Assembly (NCBI RefSeq): GCF_004010195.1
Contig: NC_057719.1
Span: forward strand, 49,877,713 to 49,941,712
Length of the DNA: 64,000 nucleotides
Direction of reading: 5' to 3'
From: Chiloscyllium plagiosum
Lineage: Eukaryota
Part shown: one piece after another, positions 10,510 to 22,968 of the stretch
Numbering within the stretch: the first letter of the stretch is position 1
Layout of the letters: each line of letters opens with the position of its first letter
Program-made: the position numbers and the translations under genes
Notes under the pieces: generated by a model
Seen by the model: the letters and a program-made list of their open reading frames with translations, nothing else
Told to the model about the DNA's origin: nothing
Database searches by the model: none

Positions 10510-12040
10510 GTTGACATGACATTGGTCACCTTAATTTCTTTGCTCCCCCTTACCCCATTAAAATCTATCTGCCTCTGAACTGACTATGCTCCGTGCTCTC
10601 ATATCCAACCGTAACTTTGTATTTAAGCTACAAGGGTGGTGCTATTGTTGTCTGGTGTATGGACCTCCACATTGTAGAGGCTGAGGGCCAGCTCTCAAAT
10701 TCCTCCTCCTATTTCCCTCTAGACCATGGTTCCATCATGAAACAATAAGCCATTGAGACCACAATGGTCACTAATCTAACTTCATCTGGTCATCTCCCTG
10801 CTACTGCCTCTAAGCTCATAGTTCCCCAACCTACACAGCCCAATTCTACCTCCTTCCCAAAATGCACAAACGGGACCGATTGTTTCTGCCTACTCCTACC
10901 CCACAGAACTAATCTCTTCCTGCCTACACTTAATAATTTCTCCCCCTGTCCAGTTCCTTCCACCTATATCTGTGATTCTGCTAATGCTTTACATCAGTTT
11001 CAGAATTTTCAGTTTGCTGGCTCTAGCTGCCTCCTCTTCACCGTTGACAAGCCATCTCTTTACACATTCATCTGCCCATCAGGATGGTCTGAGGGCACTC
11101 CACTTCTTCCTGGAACAAAGGCCTGAACTGTCTCCACCCAGCACCATCCTCTTTTGTGTGGCCAAGCTCGTCCTCACTTTTAGCGACTTCACTTTTAACT
11201 CTTCCCACTTCCTTCAGGTCAGGGGGTGGCTATGGGTACCCACATGAGCTGCAGCTAAGCCTGTCTCTTTTTGGGTACAGGGAACATTCTTTGTTCCAGT
11301 CCTACTCTGGCACACACCAACAACTCTTTCTCTGGTACATTGATGGCATCATCAGTGCTGCTTCCTTCTCTCATCCGGAATTGAAAAAGTTTATCTACTT
11401 CACTTCCAATTTCCAACCCGCTCTCACCTTCACCTGGTCCACCTCTGACTCTTTCCTTCCCTTCCTCAACATCTCTGTTTCCATTTCAGGGGATAAGCTA
11501 GCTGCCAATATGTACTACAAGCCCACTTGCTGCAGTGCTCCAGTGAAGCTATGCGCAGCTAGAAGAACAGCACCTCATTTTCCAGTTGGGTATCCTGCAG
11601 CCTTCAAGACTCAATATTGAGTTCAATAATTTTAGGGCGTGCGCAACTTCACCCATGTCCTTACCCCAGTGCCCACACACCAGGCCTTGTCATCACATGG
11701 GCTGCTTTTACAAACAACCTATTATCAGCCACTAATGGTCCCCAGAAGTGGCTATTGATTCTCTTGGGCTGATCTTTCCCACTCTTTTGTTTATCCAATT
11801 ATTTCTCTCTCTCTCTGGGCTCCATCTCCACCTATTATTTACTCCTTCCCCCTTCCCTGGCCCCATCCTCAGTATATGTACCAACCTTTTCCTAGCTACA
11901 ATTAGTTCTGAAGGCAGGGTCACTGGACTTGAAATGTTAACTCTGCTTTCTCTTTGCAGATCTGTCACACCTGCTGAGATTTTCCAGCAATTTCTATTTT
12001 CATTTTTGTTTCAGATTTTCAGCATCTGCCGTTTTTTTAT
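10510..12040 (+). mobile_element. Penelope-like element family B (RT remnant, internally deleted, plus pLTR)
   Basis: LVLTFSDFTFNSSHFLQVRG, FLWYIDGI..FTSNFQPALTFTWS..LPFLNISV..YYKPT PLE RT motifs. pLTR with degenerate hammerhead near 11908-11938. Confidence 0.85.
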
Positions 12041-12107
12041 CATACTTGTTCTTGGCTTGATTTTGGAAACAACAAAAAGATTGTCTTTCATAACTGCTCG
12101 GTGTCAT

Positions 12108-12290
12108 TGAGTCATAGAGATGTACAACATGGAAACAGACCCTTCGGTCCAACCCGTCCATGTCGACCAAACATCCCAACCCAATCTAGTCCCACCTGCC
12201 AGCACCCGGCCCATATCCCTCCAAACCCTTCCTATTTCTGAACCCTTTCAAGTTTCACAACATCTTTCCGATAGGAAAGAGACCCTTTCA
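12108..12290 (-). mobile_element. CR1 3' fragment with internal deletion
   Basis: Reverse complement of the 6400-6525 CR1 tail, joined to TTTCTGAACCCTTTCAAGTTTCACAACATC from several hundred bp further into the element. Confidence 0.85.
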
Positions 12291-12298
12291 ATGTTTTA

Positions 12299-12590
12299 CT
12301 TTGCATTATAATGGGAGAAATGACAGCCAACTTACACAGGAGGTTCCCACAAACAGCAATGTAATAACAACCATATGATCTGCTTTTGCATTATAATGGG
12401 AGAAATGAATTAGCTTTGCATTATGAATTAGCTTTGCATTATAATGGGAGAAATGACAGCCAACTTACACAGGAGGTTCCCACAAACAGCAATGTAATAA
12501 CAACCATATGATCTGCTTTTGTGAAATAAACATTGATCTGGACACCAAGGCTAACTCCCCTAGTCCTGGTCAAAAAAATTGACTTTGAAT
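12299..12590 (-). mobile_element. DeuSINE-type (SacSINE1-like) fragment with local 90-bp duplication
   Basis: Reverse complement of the Deu-domain-like ACATTGCTGTTTGTGGGA..TTGGCTG. 12299-12388 equals 12432-12521. Confidence 0.6.
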
Positions 12591-12618
12591 AAAAGCATGT
12601 TGAATATATGTCGATTCC

Positions 12619-12788
12619 GGTCAGGCAGCATCCAAGGAACAGGAGAATCAACATTTCGGGCATAAGCCCTTCATATGCCCGAAACATCGATTCTCCTGTT
12701 CCTTGGATGCTGCCTGACCTGCTGCGCTTTTCCAGCAACACATTTTCAGCTCTGATCTCCAGCATCTGCAGTCCTCACTTTCTCCTCC
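12619..12788. mobile_element. Fold-back PLE terminus insertion, family A, 170 bp
   Basis: GGTCAGGCAGCATCCAAGGAACAGGAGAATC inverted against GATTCTCCTGTTCCTTGGATGCTGCCTGACC. Exact 14-bp TSD TATATGTCGATTCC at 12605-12618 and 12789-12802. Confidence 0.9.
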
Positions 12789-12814
12789 TATATGTCGATT
12801 CCATAAATATATGT

Positions 12815-13205
12815 CACAGTCTCGTCTCAGTGGTAATGCTCTTGCTCCTGCATCAAGAATACAAGATCAAGCCCAGAGAATTGAGTATATAATTTATCAG
12901 AGTGCTAAGTATGTGCTACAGCCAGAAATGTAGCTTTCAGTTCAGACATTATCTCAGCTCAGGTGTGAAAATTCCACAGTATTAGTTCTACCATTTCAGA
13001 AAGTTCTTTCAGGTGTCCTAGCTAATAATCATCCCTCCTACATCACCAAAATAAATTTGATTATCACTACCTCATTGCCATGGGTAAGCAAATTGGCTGC
13101 CATCCATCCTACATTATAGCAGTAGCTATATTTCAACAGTACTTGATTGGCTGTAAAGCACTTTAGAGACATCCTGAATTTATTGAGGACACTATATAAT
13201 GAAAG
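12815..13205 (+). mobile_element. DeuSINE-type (SacSINE1-like) SINE, diverged
   Basis: tRNA-like head CTCAGTGGTAATGCTCTTGC, then CAAATTGGCTGCC..CCTACATTA and GTACTTGATTGGCTGTAAAGCACTTT..GACATCCTGA. Confidence 0.65.
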
Positions 13206-13374
13206 TTCAATATATTTTCAAAATTTATGAAGTCTTAAAACAGCTCTGTTGCCATCAGGATCAGAGAAATTGTGGGAGGAAACTCACGTTATTGATCATT
13301 TCAGTCTCTACCTGTGCTTTATACCACAGTATCAGGGATTCGAGTTTTATTCAGCCTCAGTCAACTCTCTACAT

Positions 13375-13630
13375 GGACTTTTGCATTCTCCCTGTGTCAG
13401 TGTGGGTTTCCTCCCGGTGTTCCGGTTTCCTCCCACAGTCCAAAAATGTGCAGGATTGGCCATGTTAAATCGCCCATAGGGATGTGTTGGCTCGGTGGAT
13501 TAACCAGGGAAATGCAGGGTTACAGGGAAAACGGGGATGGAGTGGGTCTGGGTGGGAAGCTGTTCAGAGTGTAGTTGCAGAATGGGCCAAATGGCCTCTA
13601 TCTGTACTGTAGGAATTCTATGATTCTAAT
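13375..13630 (+). mobile_element. 5'-truncated HE1-type V-SINE
   Basis: V-domain GTGGGTTTCCTCCCGGTGTTCCGGTTTCCTCCCACAGTCCAAA and TTCTATGATTCTA tail. Confidence 0.8.
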
Positions 13631-13789
13631 CATTTGTTCAGTAATTGACAAAGTGCTTTGAGAGTATAAGTTAACGTACTTCTAGCAGAGTGATATTTAA
13701 ATGCACAGAAATAATCTCTGTAAACTAAATTTATCTATTAAACGTGTGTATTTAGTAACATCTAATACTATGTTTTTAGTTTTTCTATT

Positions 13790-14100
13790 CACTCATGAGA
13801 CATGGGCATCACTGACTTACTGCCTGTCCCTAGTTGTCCTTGAGAAGGTGGTAGTGAGCTGCCTTCTTCTCCCGCTGTAATCCAAATGCTGCCAGTTGAT
13901 CCACAATGTCTTTAGGGAGGGAATTCCTGGATTTTGACCCAATGGCAGCGAAGGAATATATTTCCAAATCAAAATGGTGAGTGGCTTGGAGGGGAACTTG
14001 CATGTGGTTGGTGTTCCCACGTATCTGCCGCCCTTGTCCTTCTAGATAGAAGTGGTTGTGGATTTGGAAGGTGCTATCTAAGGATCTTCCCTGAATTTCT
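13790..14100 (-). mobile_element. CR1-clade LINE 3' end (second family)
   Basis: ORF 13817-14020 MGTPTTCKFPSKPLTIL.. The same sequence recurs at 21540-22450, 24950-25200, 33325-33420 and 42870-43090. Confidence 0.7.
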
Positions 14101-14294
14101 GATGATTCCCTCTGTCAAAACCATTCACTGCTTGAATTTCATTTTGTCCAGGAGACAGTCTCCCCAGATTAAGAATTTAATCACAAAGGGCTGACAAGTG
14201 CATTTATTGTGACAATAAAACAAGGTAATTATGCCTCAAAATTAGCGATTTTTGAGAAGATTGATGATAAGTTTGATAAGGTTGATGATAAGTA

Positions 14295-14575
14295 TGTAAA
14301 TTAGCTTGCTGAGCTGGAAGATTTGTTTTCAGGCATTTTGTCACCATACCAAGTAACATCATTAGTGAGAGTCTCGGTGAAGTGCTGGTGGAATGTCCCG
14401 CCTCTCTATTTATAGGTCTTGGTCTCTTAATGGGTGACATCATTTCTGGTTCTTTTTTTCAAGGGAAGGTAGATAGGATCTAAGTCGATGAGTTTATTGA
14501 TGGAGTTCTGGTTAGAATGCCATGCATCTAAGAATTCTCAAGCATGTATTTGTTTTGCCTGTTCTAAGCCTCTTA
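14295..14575 (-). mobile_element. Penelope-like element 3' end (family D)
   Basis: Minus strand encodes HA*EFLDAWHSNQNSINKLIDLDPIY, like a PLE endonuclease C-terminus, then a degenerate hammerhead CTAATGA-TGTTAC..GGTGAC-AAAATG. Confidence 0.6.
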
Positions 14576-14659
14576 ATTCCCTTTCACTTGAATTCAATTG
14601 CATGTATTATAGAGTTCAACAAGCCTGAAATGTATGATTGAGGTGGATTGTTTCAGGAA

Positions 14660-16615
14660 GATTGCTTAAATATTTCTGTAAATAGTATTTCACAATCATT
14701 ATAAGTATCCTTAAACACAAGGTTACAAATGACCTTCTCTGTGATAGTGACCATGGAGCATTCTGCCTCCACATCATTCTAGACTTCTCTGCTGCCTCTG
14801 AATTAATTACCATCATGTCCTTTTGCAATTTTGTTGATCAGCTGGATGGATTTGTCCTCACTTGGTTCCACACTTATCCAAATGATCAGAGCCACAGAAT
14901 CTTTAATTGTGTCTTCTGCTCTCACCTAGTGTCATTCTCTCTCAATTACCACACAGATCCATCCTTGGAACCACCTCTTATTTATCTGAAAATTAGCCCT
15001 TATTAACAGAGTTAGGATGACTGAGTGATAGGGAGGGAGAGTTAAGCTTGTGATACCATTACCTGGGCAGGAAGGAGGCCAAGTTAGGAATTAGGGAAAG
15101 CTGACATCTACATCCCAAATGTTATACCAGCTACCACAAAGACTGGGATATCAAAAATGGGTGAGAGAGATCCCTGGAAACAAAATGGGGACAGATCTCT
15201 GAACCATACGAACAGGCAATCTTTTGGTCTGTCTTAGCGCTGCAGCACCTTTCTCCCTTCCCCCTCCTTCCTCTAAGCCCCTCCTCACCCTTCAACATAA
15301 TGTTGATCCCTATCATCACTGTCCAATAATGGAATCAACCACAGTCATGGGGTCAACTTGCACACATACTATGGTGGCATACAACTTTATTTCTTTGAAA
15401 TTTCTCTGCACTCATCCATTGTCTTGCAATGTCAGATTGCTTATCTTATATCCAGACATATTGGAATTGCCAAAAAACTCCGTTGGCTCTCCACAGATGC
15501 TACCAGACCTGTTGTGTTTTTCCAGTCATTTCTGTCTTTGTTATATTGGAATTGATTTTGGTAAAAATTATAGTCTGAAGCCATCATCAATAGTGCCACC
15601 ATGAAGTATTTACCTTTGCAATCAATTCCGTCCCTTTCCAAGTCTCCAATTAAGCGAGATGTTTGCTGTGCTTGTATTTGTCTCAGGCCTGAGCTTCGAA
15701 CCTCCCAGAGAGAGTGCCTATTTCTACCTTATTCATTCTGCTTATCTTTATACCTACCATAGTTCATTCACTGGTGAAAGCTTTTTTTTTGGTTTTACCC
15801 ACTCTTATGTTCTCTTGGTCAACATCCCATTCTTGACTCCCTGTAAATTTAGTACCATTCAAAACCACACAGAGAACTGCACCCTAAATTCCTCATTAGC
15901 TACTTGCAAAAGTTTTAATTGGGAAATAGACTCCCAAAGGTTTCTCTGCCAATGTAATTGGACATTCTTGGAAAATATTAAGACTGGAGTAATTATAGGA
16001 AATTGGAAGAGAGGTCATTACATTTTAAACTATTTGTAATATATATTAACATACTAAACATTATGTGTAAACTAATGATAAACATCTGCATAACAATACT
16101 TGATATAGTAAGCTGCTCAGCTGGAACAGACTAGCTCTGTTCAATTCAGAACTCCCATTCTTCATTCCCAGTAAATTTCATACCATTCAAAACCTTAATG
16201 TCTGTCACTTATCCCACAGGCAGTCACACTCATCCATCAGTTATATTCTTGATGGGCTGCATGGAAATTCTTGTTGTCAATATTTTAAACTTAAAATTCT
16301 CATCTTTGTGTTGATTCCCAGCTCATCTATACCTTAGTATTCAATCCACCCCACAACTTCTCCAGAATTCTGTTCCTCTGACCCTTCTGCATTTTCTCCC
16401 CTTTGGCCAGTATTGGTGATTGGCAGGCATCCAGGTCCCAAGTTCTGGAATTCATCCCAAAATTCCACACTTTCACCATTTCTCTCCTTTCTGTTAAGAA
16501 TGTCCTTGAAACTCATCTCTTTGACCAATCATTAACTGTAATCCCTCTTTTCGTTTTCATTTAGTTTTGCCTGCATGAAATGCCTTTGAGATTGTTCTAT
16601 CTTATAAAAGCCAGC
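14660..16615 (+). mobile_element. Old L2-type LINE, fragmented (about 14660-15005, 15600-15870, 16155-16615)
   Basis: Decayed ILLDFSAA..WFHTY RT motifs, and an L2-like 3' end TTAAAATTCTCATC..TCTGGAATTC..CTCTTTGACCAA. Confidence 0.5.
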
Positions 16616-17193
16616 TGTTCTTTTTGGTTAGGGAAATATCAGTTAAATCGTTGATCAACCTTGGCTAGTTGTAAGAAATAATATCTATCATTTGATAAGG
16701 TACTTTTACTTCTTTGGTGGGCATGGTGATTCCTTTCAACAATGCAATTTATATTTCCAGATTGTGAATTAGCCGAAGAGTTCACATCACCCTGTAGAAT
16801 GCAATACTCTGGAGATGAAAGAGATATTGCCAATAAACATATCTGTATGAAAGTTCATTGTTATTTTGGTACAGTCATCACCTACAACAATCATTTTTCC
16901 CACATGGAAGAAATATCACCCTAAATTCCTCTCATTAGCTACCTGCAAAAGTTTTAATTGGGAAATAGACTCCCAAAGGTTTCTCTGCCAACAAAATTGG
17001 ACATTCTTGGAAAATATTAAGACTAGAGTAATTAAAGGACATTGGAAGAAACATCTTTAAACCTTTAACTATTTGAAATATATATTAATATACTAAACAT
17101 GAGTAGACTAATGATAAACATCTGCATAAATACTGTATACAATATTGGAAGCTGCTCAGTTGGAATAGGCTAGCTTTGTTCAATTTAGAACTC
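15880..17193. repeat. Dispersed direct duplication of ~275 bp (15880-16154 and 16917-17193)
   Basis: Both copies read CACCCTAAATTCCTC..GGGAAATAGACTCCCAAAGG..AGCTGCTCAG..AGAACTC, roughly 85-90% identical by eye. Confidence 0.9.
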
Positions 17194-17569
17194 GTTTAAT
17201 ATTAATAAAGAGAAATTAGCAATTTTTAAAATTGGTTAAGGAACTGAAAATTGCATCTTCATTTTTTTTCCCTAATAGTAAAAATGTGCAAACTAGGATT
17301 GAATGCAGCTTGAAAGATCATTAAAATCCTGTATTTAAAATCAAATACATTAAAAATTAGAGAAACTATAACAGCAACATGACTTGATTCCATAGTGTCA
17401 ATTCAGGTTCAAAATGCCTTCCATGCATGCAGACATCTATAGTGGACCTTCATTGGCCACCATTCTAGTAGATTGGGGTGTGACATATAAGGTCAACTCC
17501 TTCCATGACTGGTAGGAAATGTAAATTCAATTAATTAAATATTGTGAAGCTATAGATTATTATTAAAAT

Positions 17570-18470
17570 ATCTCTGACCATTCTGAAGTGGGAGGATGAA
17601 TAAGCAGAGATTGGGCTCCATTTGGGACCAATGATATAAGAAGAAACATAAAAGAGGTCCTGCAAGCAGATTTTAGGGAGTTAGACAGGAAATTGAAAAG
17701 CAGGACTTCAAATATTATAATCTGCAGATTATTCCCGGTGTCAAACGGTAGTCAGTATAGGAACAGAAAACCAGAGCAGAAGAATGCACATCTGGAGAGT
17801 GGTCAAAGGAGCAAGACTTTAGATTCCTGAGAGTTGGGAACGATTTCTGGAGGAAGGTGAGGCCTCTACAAAGTGCTCTGGACAGAAACAGGAGCAAATC
17901 TGTTGCAGAGAGGTTTGCTAATGCTGTTGGGACAGATTTAAACTAGATTGGCAAGGCAATGGGAATCTGACAACTAATTTAAAGGGGAGAGAAGCTGAGA
18001 TGGAAATAGAAGTTAAAAATAGCTAAATGAGCCTGGAAGGAAATATAGGATAGATAAGAAAGAAGTGAGTTTAGCAAGGCTAAGTGGAGTATATTTTAAT
18101 GACAGGTGCTTGAGGAATAAGACAGATAAGCTGAGGGCACAGATACACTTGTGGGAGTATGATACCACCGTTATGACCAAGACTCAGTCAGAAGATGGAG
18201 AGGATTGGCACCTCAACATTCCTGGTTTTGGAGTTTTCAGAGTAGATAGAGAGGGGATTAGAAAAGGAGAGGGGTGACAACATTGATCAAGAAAGCAATC
18301 ATATGAGTTAGGAGGGTCTTCAAGAGATCACCAAATAAGTCCGTAAGAGTAGAAATAATAAACACAAAAGGGACAAAAATGCTGTTTAGTGTGTACTGGA
18401 AACTCCTCAAAGAGTCAGGAACATGACGAGGATCAAATATGTAATCAAACTTCCTAAACATTTCTAACTG
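17570..18470 (+). mobile_element. Old CR1 LINE 5' region (ORF1 end plus APE endonuclease start)
   Basis: ORF 18065-18277 YFNDRCLRNKTDKLRAQI..EYD..WHLNIPGFGVFRVDREG is a CR1 APE motif. Confidence 0.75.
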
Positions 18471-18479
18471 GGGAGAAAA

Positions 18480-19615
18480 TGGGAGACAGATTAGCAAGGT
18501 TAGACCTCGTGGAATACAGGGAGAACTAGCCATTTGGATACAGAACTGGATCAAAGGTAGAAGACAGAGGGTGGTAGTGGAGGGTTGTTTTTCAGACTGG
18601 AGGCCTGTGACCAGTGGAGTGCCACAAGGATCGGTGCTGGGTCCTCATCTTTTTTGTCATTTACATAAATGATTTGGATGCGAGCATAAGAGGTACAATT
18701 AGTAAGTTTGCAGATGACACCAAAATTGGAGGTGTAGTGGACAGCGAAGAGGGTTACCTCAGATTACAACAGGATCTTGACCAGATAGGCCAATGGGCTG
18801 AGAAGTGACAGATGGAGTTTAATTCAGATAAATGTGAGGTGCTGCATTTTGGGAAAGCAAACCTTAGCAGGACTTATACACTTAATGGTAAGGTCCTAGG
18901 GAGTGTTGCTGAACAAAGAGACCTTGGAATGCAGGTTCATAGCTCCTTGAAAGTGGAGTCACAAGTAGATAGGATAGTGAAGAAGGCGATTGGTCTGCTT
19001 TCCTTTATTGGTCAGAGTATTGAGTACAGGAGTTGGGAGGTCATGTTGCGGCTGTACAGAACATGGTTAGGCCACTGTTGCAATATTGCATGCAATTCTG
19101 GTTTTCTTTCTATTGGAAAGATGTTGTGAAACTTGGAAGAGTTCAGAAAAGATTTACAAGGATGTTGCCAGGGTTGGAGGATTTGACCCATAGCGAGAGG
19201 CTGAACAGGCTGGGGCTGTTTTCCTTGGAGCGTCGGGGACTGAGGGGTGACCTTATAGAGGTTTACAAAATTATGAGGGGTATAGATAGTGTAAATAGGC
19301 AAAGTCTTTTCCCTGGGGTCGTGGAGTCTAGAACTAGAGGGCATAGGTTTGGGTGAGAGGGGAAAGATATAAAAGAGACCTAAGGGGCAACTTTTTCATG
19401 CAGAGGGTGGTACGTGTATGGAATGAGCTGCCAAAGGAAGTGGTGGAAGCTGGTACAATTTAAGAGGCATTTGGATGGGTATATGAATAGGAAGAGTTTG
19501 GAGGGATATGGGCCGGGTGCTGGAAGGTGGGACTAGATTTGGTTGGGATATATGATCGGCATGGACAGATTGGACCGAAGGGTCTGTTTCCATGCTGTAC
19601 ATCTCTATGACGCTA
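18480..19615 (+). mobile_element. CR1 LINE 3' 1.1 kb (young family)
   Basis: [48 protein letters not shown]; frameshifted. Confidence 0.95.
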
Positions 19616-20342
19616 TGAGGATGAGCACATCGCCTAGACCTTCCTTACACCTCCACTTCTCACCTTTAAACAATCATCAATCCTTAAACAGACCATTGTT
19701 CGTAGCAAACTGACCAGCCTTCAGGACAACGTGGACCACAACACTGTACAACCCTGTCATAGCAACCAATGCAAGACGTGTCAGAGTGTCAACATGGATA
19801 TCACCATTACACATGGTGACACAACCCGCCATGTACACTGCAGGTACTCATGTGACTTGGTCAATGTTGCCTATTTCATATGCTGCATGCAAGGATGCCC
19901 CAAGGCATGGTACATTGGCAAGACCAAGTAGATGCTACAACAATAGATGAATGGACACTGCACAACAATCATCAGACAGGGATGTTCCCTCCCAGTCGGG
20001 GAACACTTCATCTGTCAGGGACATTCAGCCTTGGATCTCCGGGTGACCATCCTCCAAGGTGGACTTCGGGATATGCAACAACGCAGAGTGACCAAGCAGA
20101 GACTGATAACCAAGTTCGGTACCCAAGAAAGTGGCCTCAACCAGGCCACCTCACTATACACACACACACACATATATACACACACCTTCTCTCATACACA
20201 CGCTTTTTCTCACACCTATGCAGACACCCTCTCACAGGCTTATACTCCATCACACTCACGCACACACTCTAACAACCATGTACACAGACAAACACACACT
20301 TTCCCACGTGCACTCACACTCACATTCACACACTCATATGCA

Positions 20343-20378
<36 letters not shown>

Positions 20379-20940
20379 ATCTCTATATCTCTCTCTTTCC
20401 CCCTCACCTGCACCCACACACACATATACGTCTTTGGGGTGAATTTGCAAATACATTCTATTTTTGCTCAACAAACACACAACCTTCAGGCAGTCAATCC
20501 ACATAACATTTTATAGACCCCTACTTTGGAAAAGAACCTGTCTGACTCAAGATTGGGATACAGACAGACTCTAACCTCACACCTTTAATGCATTGTCTGA
20601 GCTGGCATGTCACCTTTTTTTATAAAACCTTACGTTATCTCGAGAATGTGACTTAACAAAAGTTCTGGGATTTACATATTAATGAACCAAAACCTGTAAC
20701 CCATTCTAAAAGATGAAAGACTTAACAGCAATCTAGATTTATTCAGTATATCATTTTGATTGCATGACTATGTGACTTTTTGCTATAAATTCTGTGTCTT
20801 ATTATCCTGCCCCACTAGTTACCTGATGAAGAAGCAGCATTCTGAAAGCTAATACTTCCAAGTAAACCCACTGGACTATAACCTGATGTGTGATTTTTAA
20901 CTTTGACCAACCCAGTCCAACACCGGCACCTCCACATCAT
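19616..20940 (+). mobile_element. Penelope-like element family C 3' part (GIY-YIG, CA/CT microsatellite, pLTR)
   Basis: YSCDLVNVAYFICCMQGCPKAWYIGKT and MNGHCTTI..PVGEHF..DLRVTILQGGL. Hammerhead motif at 20823-20851. Confidence 0.9.
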
Positions 20941-21539
20941 GACATTGATATAGACATCAAAGTGGAGGGCTGTGAAATATTAGAATAACCTATATCAGCA
21001 GGCCTGAATGAGCTGTATTGCAGACTGTTGAAGCAAGATGGGGAGGAGATATGAAGGATCCTGGTAACAACCTTCAATCATCTCTGGCCACAAGTGAGGT
21101 GCCAGAAGACTGAAGGGCTGAAAATTTATCCCATTACTAAAAAAGGGAGGAAGGAATAGACTGGGAAATTACAGGTCAATCAGTCTAACCTCAGTGGTGA
21201 GAAAGTTTTTAGAAACAATTCTGAGGGCGAGATTACATTTCTACTTGGAGACACATGATTTAATCAAGGATAGTCAGCGTGATTTGTTAAGGGAAGGTTG
21301 TGTTTAATAAATTTGATCAAATGTTTGAGGAGGTAGACAAAAATGTTGATGAGCATAACACATTTGATGTGGTCTACATGGTCTTTAGCAATGTTTTGAA
21401 TAAGGTTCCTGATGGCAGTCTGGTCAGGAAAGTAAAACCCAATGAGATCCAAGGCAGAGTGGCACATTGGGACCAAAAGTAGATGAGAGGCAGGAAGCAG
21501 CGAGTGGTGGTGGAGGGAATTTCTATGACTGGAAATCTT

Positions 21540-22450
21540 TTTAAAGAATTAATTCAAGGTACGTAGTCTTTGCTGGCTGGCCAACATTTATTGACCATCC
21601 CGAGTTACCGCTGAGTAAGTGGTAATGAGCTGCTTTCTTGAACTGCTGCATTCTATGTGCTGTGGATTGACCCACAATGCCCTTAAGAAAGGAATTCCTG
21701 GACGTTGACCCAGAAATCATGAAAGGAAAGTACTATGTTCCCAGATCAAGATGATGAGTAGCTTGGAGGGGAATTTGCAAGTGGTGGTATTCCCATGTAT
21801 CTGCTGCCTTTGTTCCTCTAGATAGAAGTGGTCACGGGTTTGGAAGGGGCTGTCTAAGGATCTTTGGTGAATTTTTGCAGTGTGTCTTGTGGATAGTATA
21901 CACTGCTGCTACTGAACGTCAGTAGTGGAGGGAGTGGATGCTTATGGATATGCTACCAATCAAGTGGGCTGCTTTGTCCTGGATGCTTTCAATCTTCTTG
22001 AGTGTTGTTGGAGTTGCATCTATCCAGGCAAGTGGGGACTATTTCATCACACACTTGGCTTCTGCCTTGTAGTTAGTGGATAGGCTTTGGGGAGTCAGGA
22101 GATGAGTCACTCGCCATAGTATTCCTAGCTTCTGACTTGCTTTTGTATTTATGTGACAAGTCCAGTTTAGTTTCTGGTCAGTGGTAAGCTCTCAGGATGT
22201 TGATAGTGGGGGATCTGTTGGGTCAGTAATGTTGCGGTTAAGCCCCTCTTGGTGGTAGACATTGAAATTCCTCCAACATTTTGCATCCTTGCCACCCTCA
22301 GTGCTTCCTCCAAATGTTATTCATCATGGAGGAGTACCAATTCATCAGCCAAGAGAGAAGATGGCATGTGATAATCATCAGGAGGTTTCCTTGCTCATAT
22401 TTAACCTGAAGCCAATGAGATGTCATGGGGTCCAGCACCAATGTCGAGGA
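21540..22450 (-). mobile_element. CR1-clade LINE (second family) 3' fragment
   Basis: Same 3' end as 13790-14100. Confidence 0.7.
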
Positions 22451-22741
22451 TTCTCAGGGAAATTACCTGTGTCTGGGGTGAGGAGGTGGGGGGAGGGGGG
22501 GTGGGAGGAGTTCCCACAGGCCCAGTTTTCGGGCCCTTGCAGTCTGTGATGTGCATTAATATTTGGACCTAAAGCTAAAGGATGGTTCAAGAAATTCACG
22601 AATGATGTAAACATTGGTGCAGGTAAACAGTGTGGCGAATAACTGTAAACTGCAGGAGAATATCAACAGACTGGTTAGGTGGACAGCGCAATGGCAAATC
22701 AAATCAACCCAGAAAAGTGTGAAGTAATGCACTTGGGAGGG

Positions 22742-22968
22742 CTGTCCTACCTGTCCATCTTCCTTCCACCTATCTTCTCCATCCTTCCCGCCATCTGCAT
22801 CTACCCTGTTGCCTTCCCAGCTATCTTCCCCCGGCCCCACACTCCTATTTATCTCTCAGCCTCCAACCCAACATTCCTGATGAAGGGCTTGTGCCTGAAA
22901 CGTCAACTCTCCTGCTGCTCAGATGCTGCCTGACCTGCTGTGCTTTTCCTGTGCCACACTTTTTGATA
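22742..22968 (+). mobile_element. PLE family A 3' end and pLTR with intact-looking hammerhead core
   Basis: CTGATGA-AGGGC-TTGT-GCCT-GAAA-CGTC at 22877-22904. Confidence 0.85.
22877..22904 (+). ncRNA. Minimal hammerhead ribozyme motif (PLE-associated)
   Basis: CUGAUGA core, GGGC/GCCU helix II, GAAA, palindromic ACGU helix III, GUC cleavage triplet. Confidence 0.7.

Noticed and set aside
19947..20516. His/Thr-rich ORFs (also 45803-46105)
   Set aside because: They are translations of CA/CT microsatellites in the Penelope 3' region.
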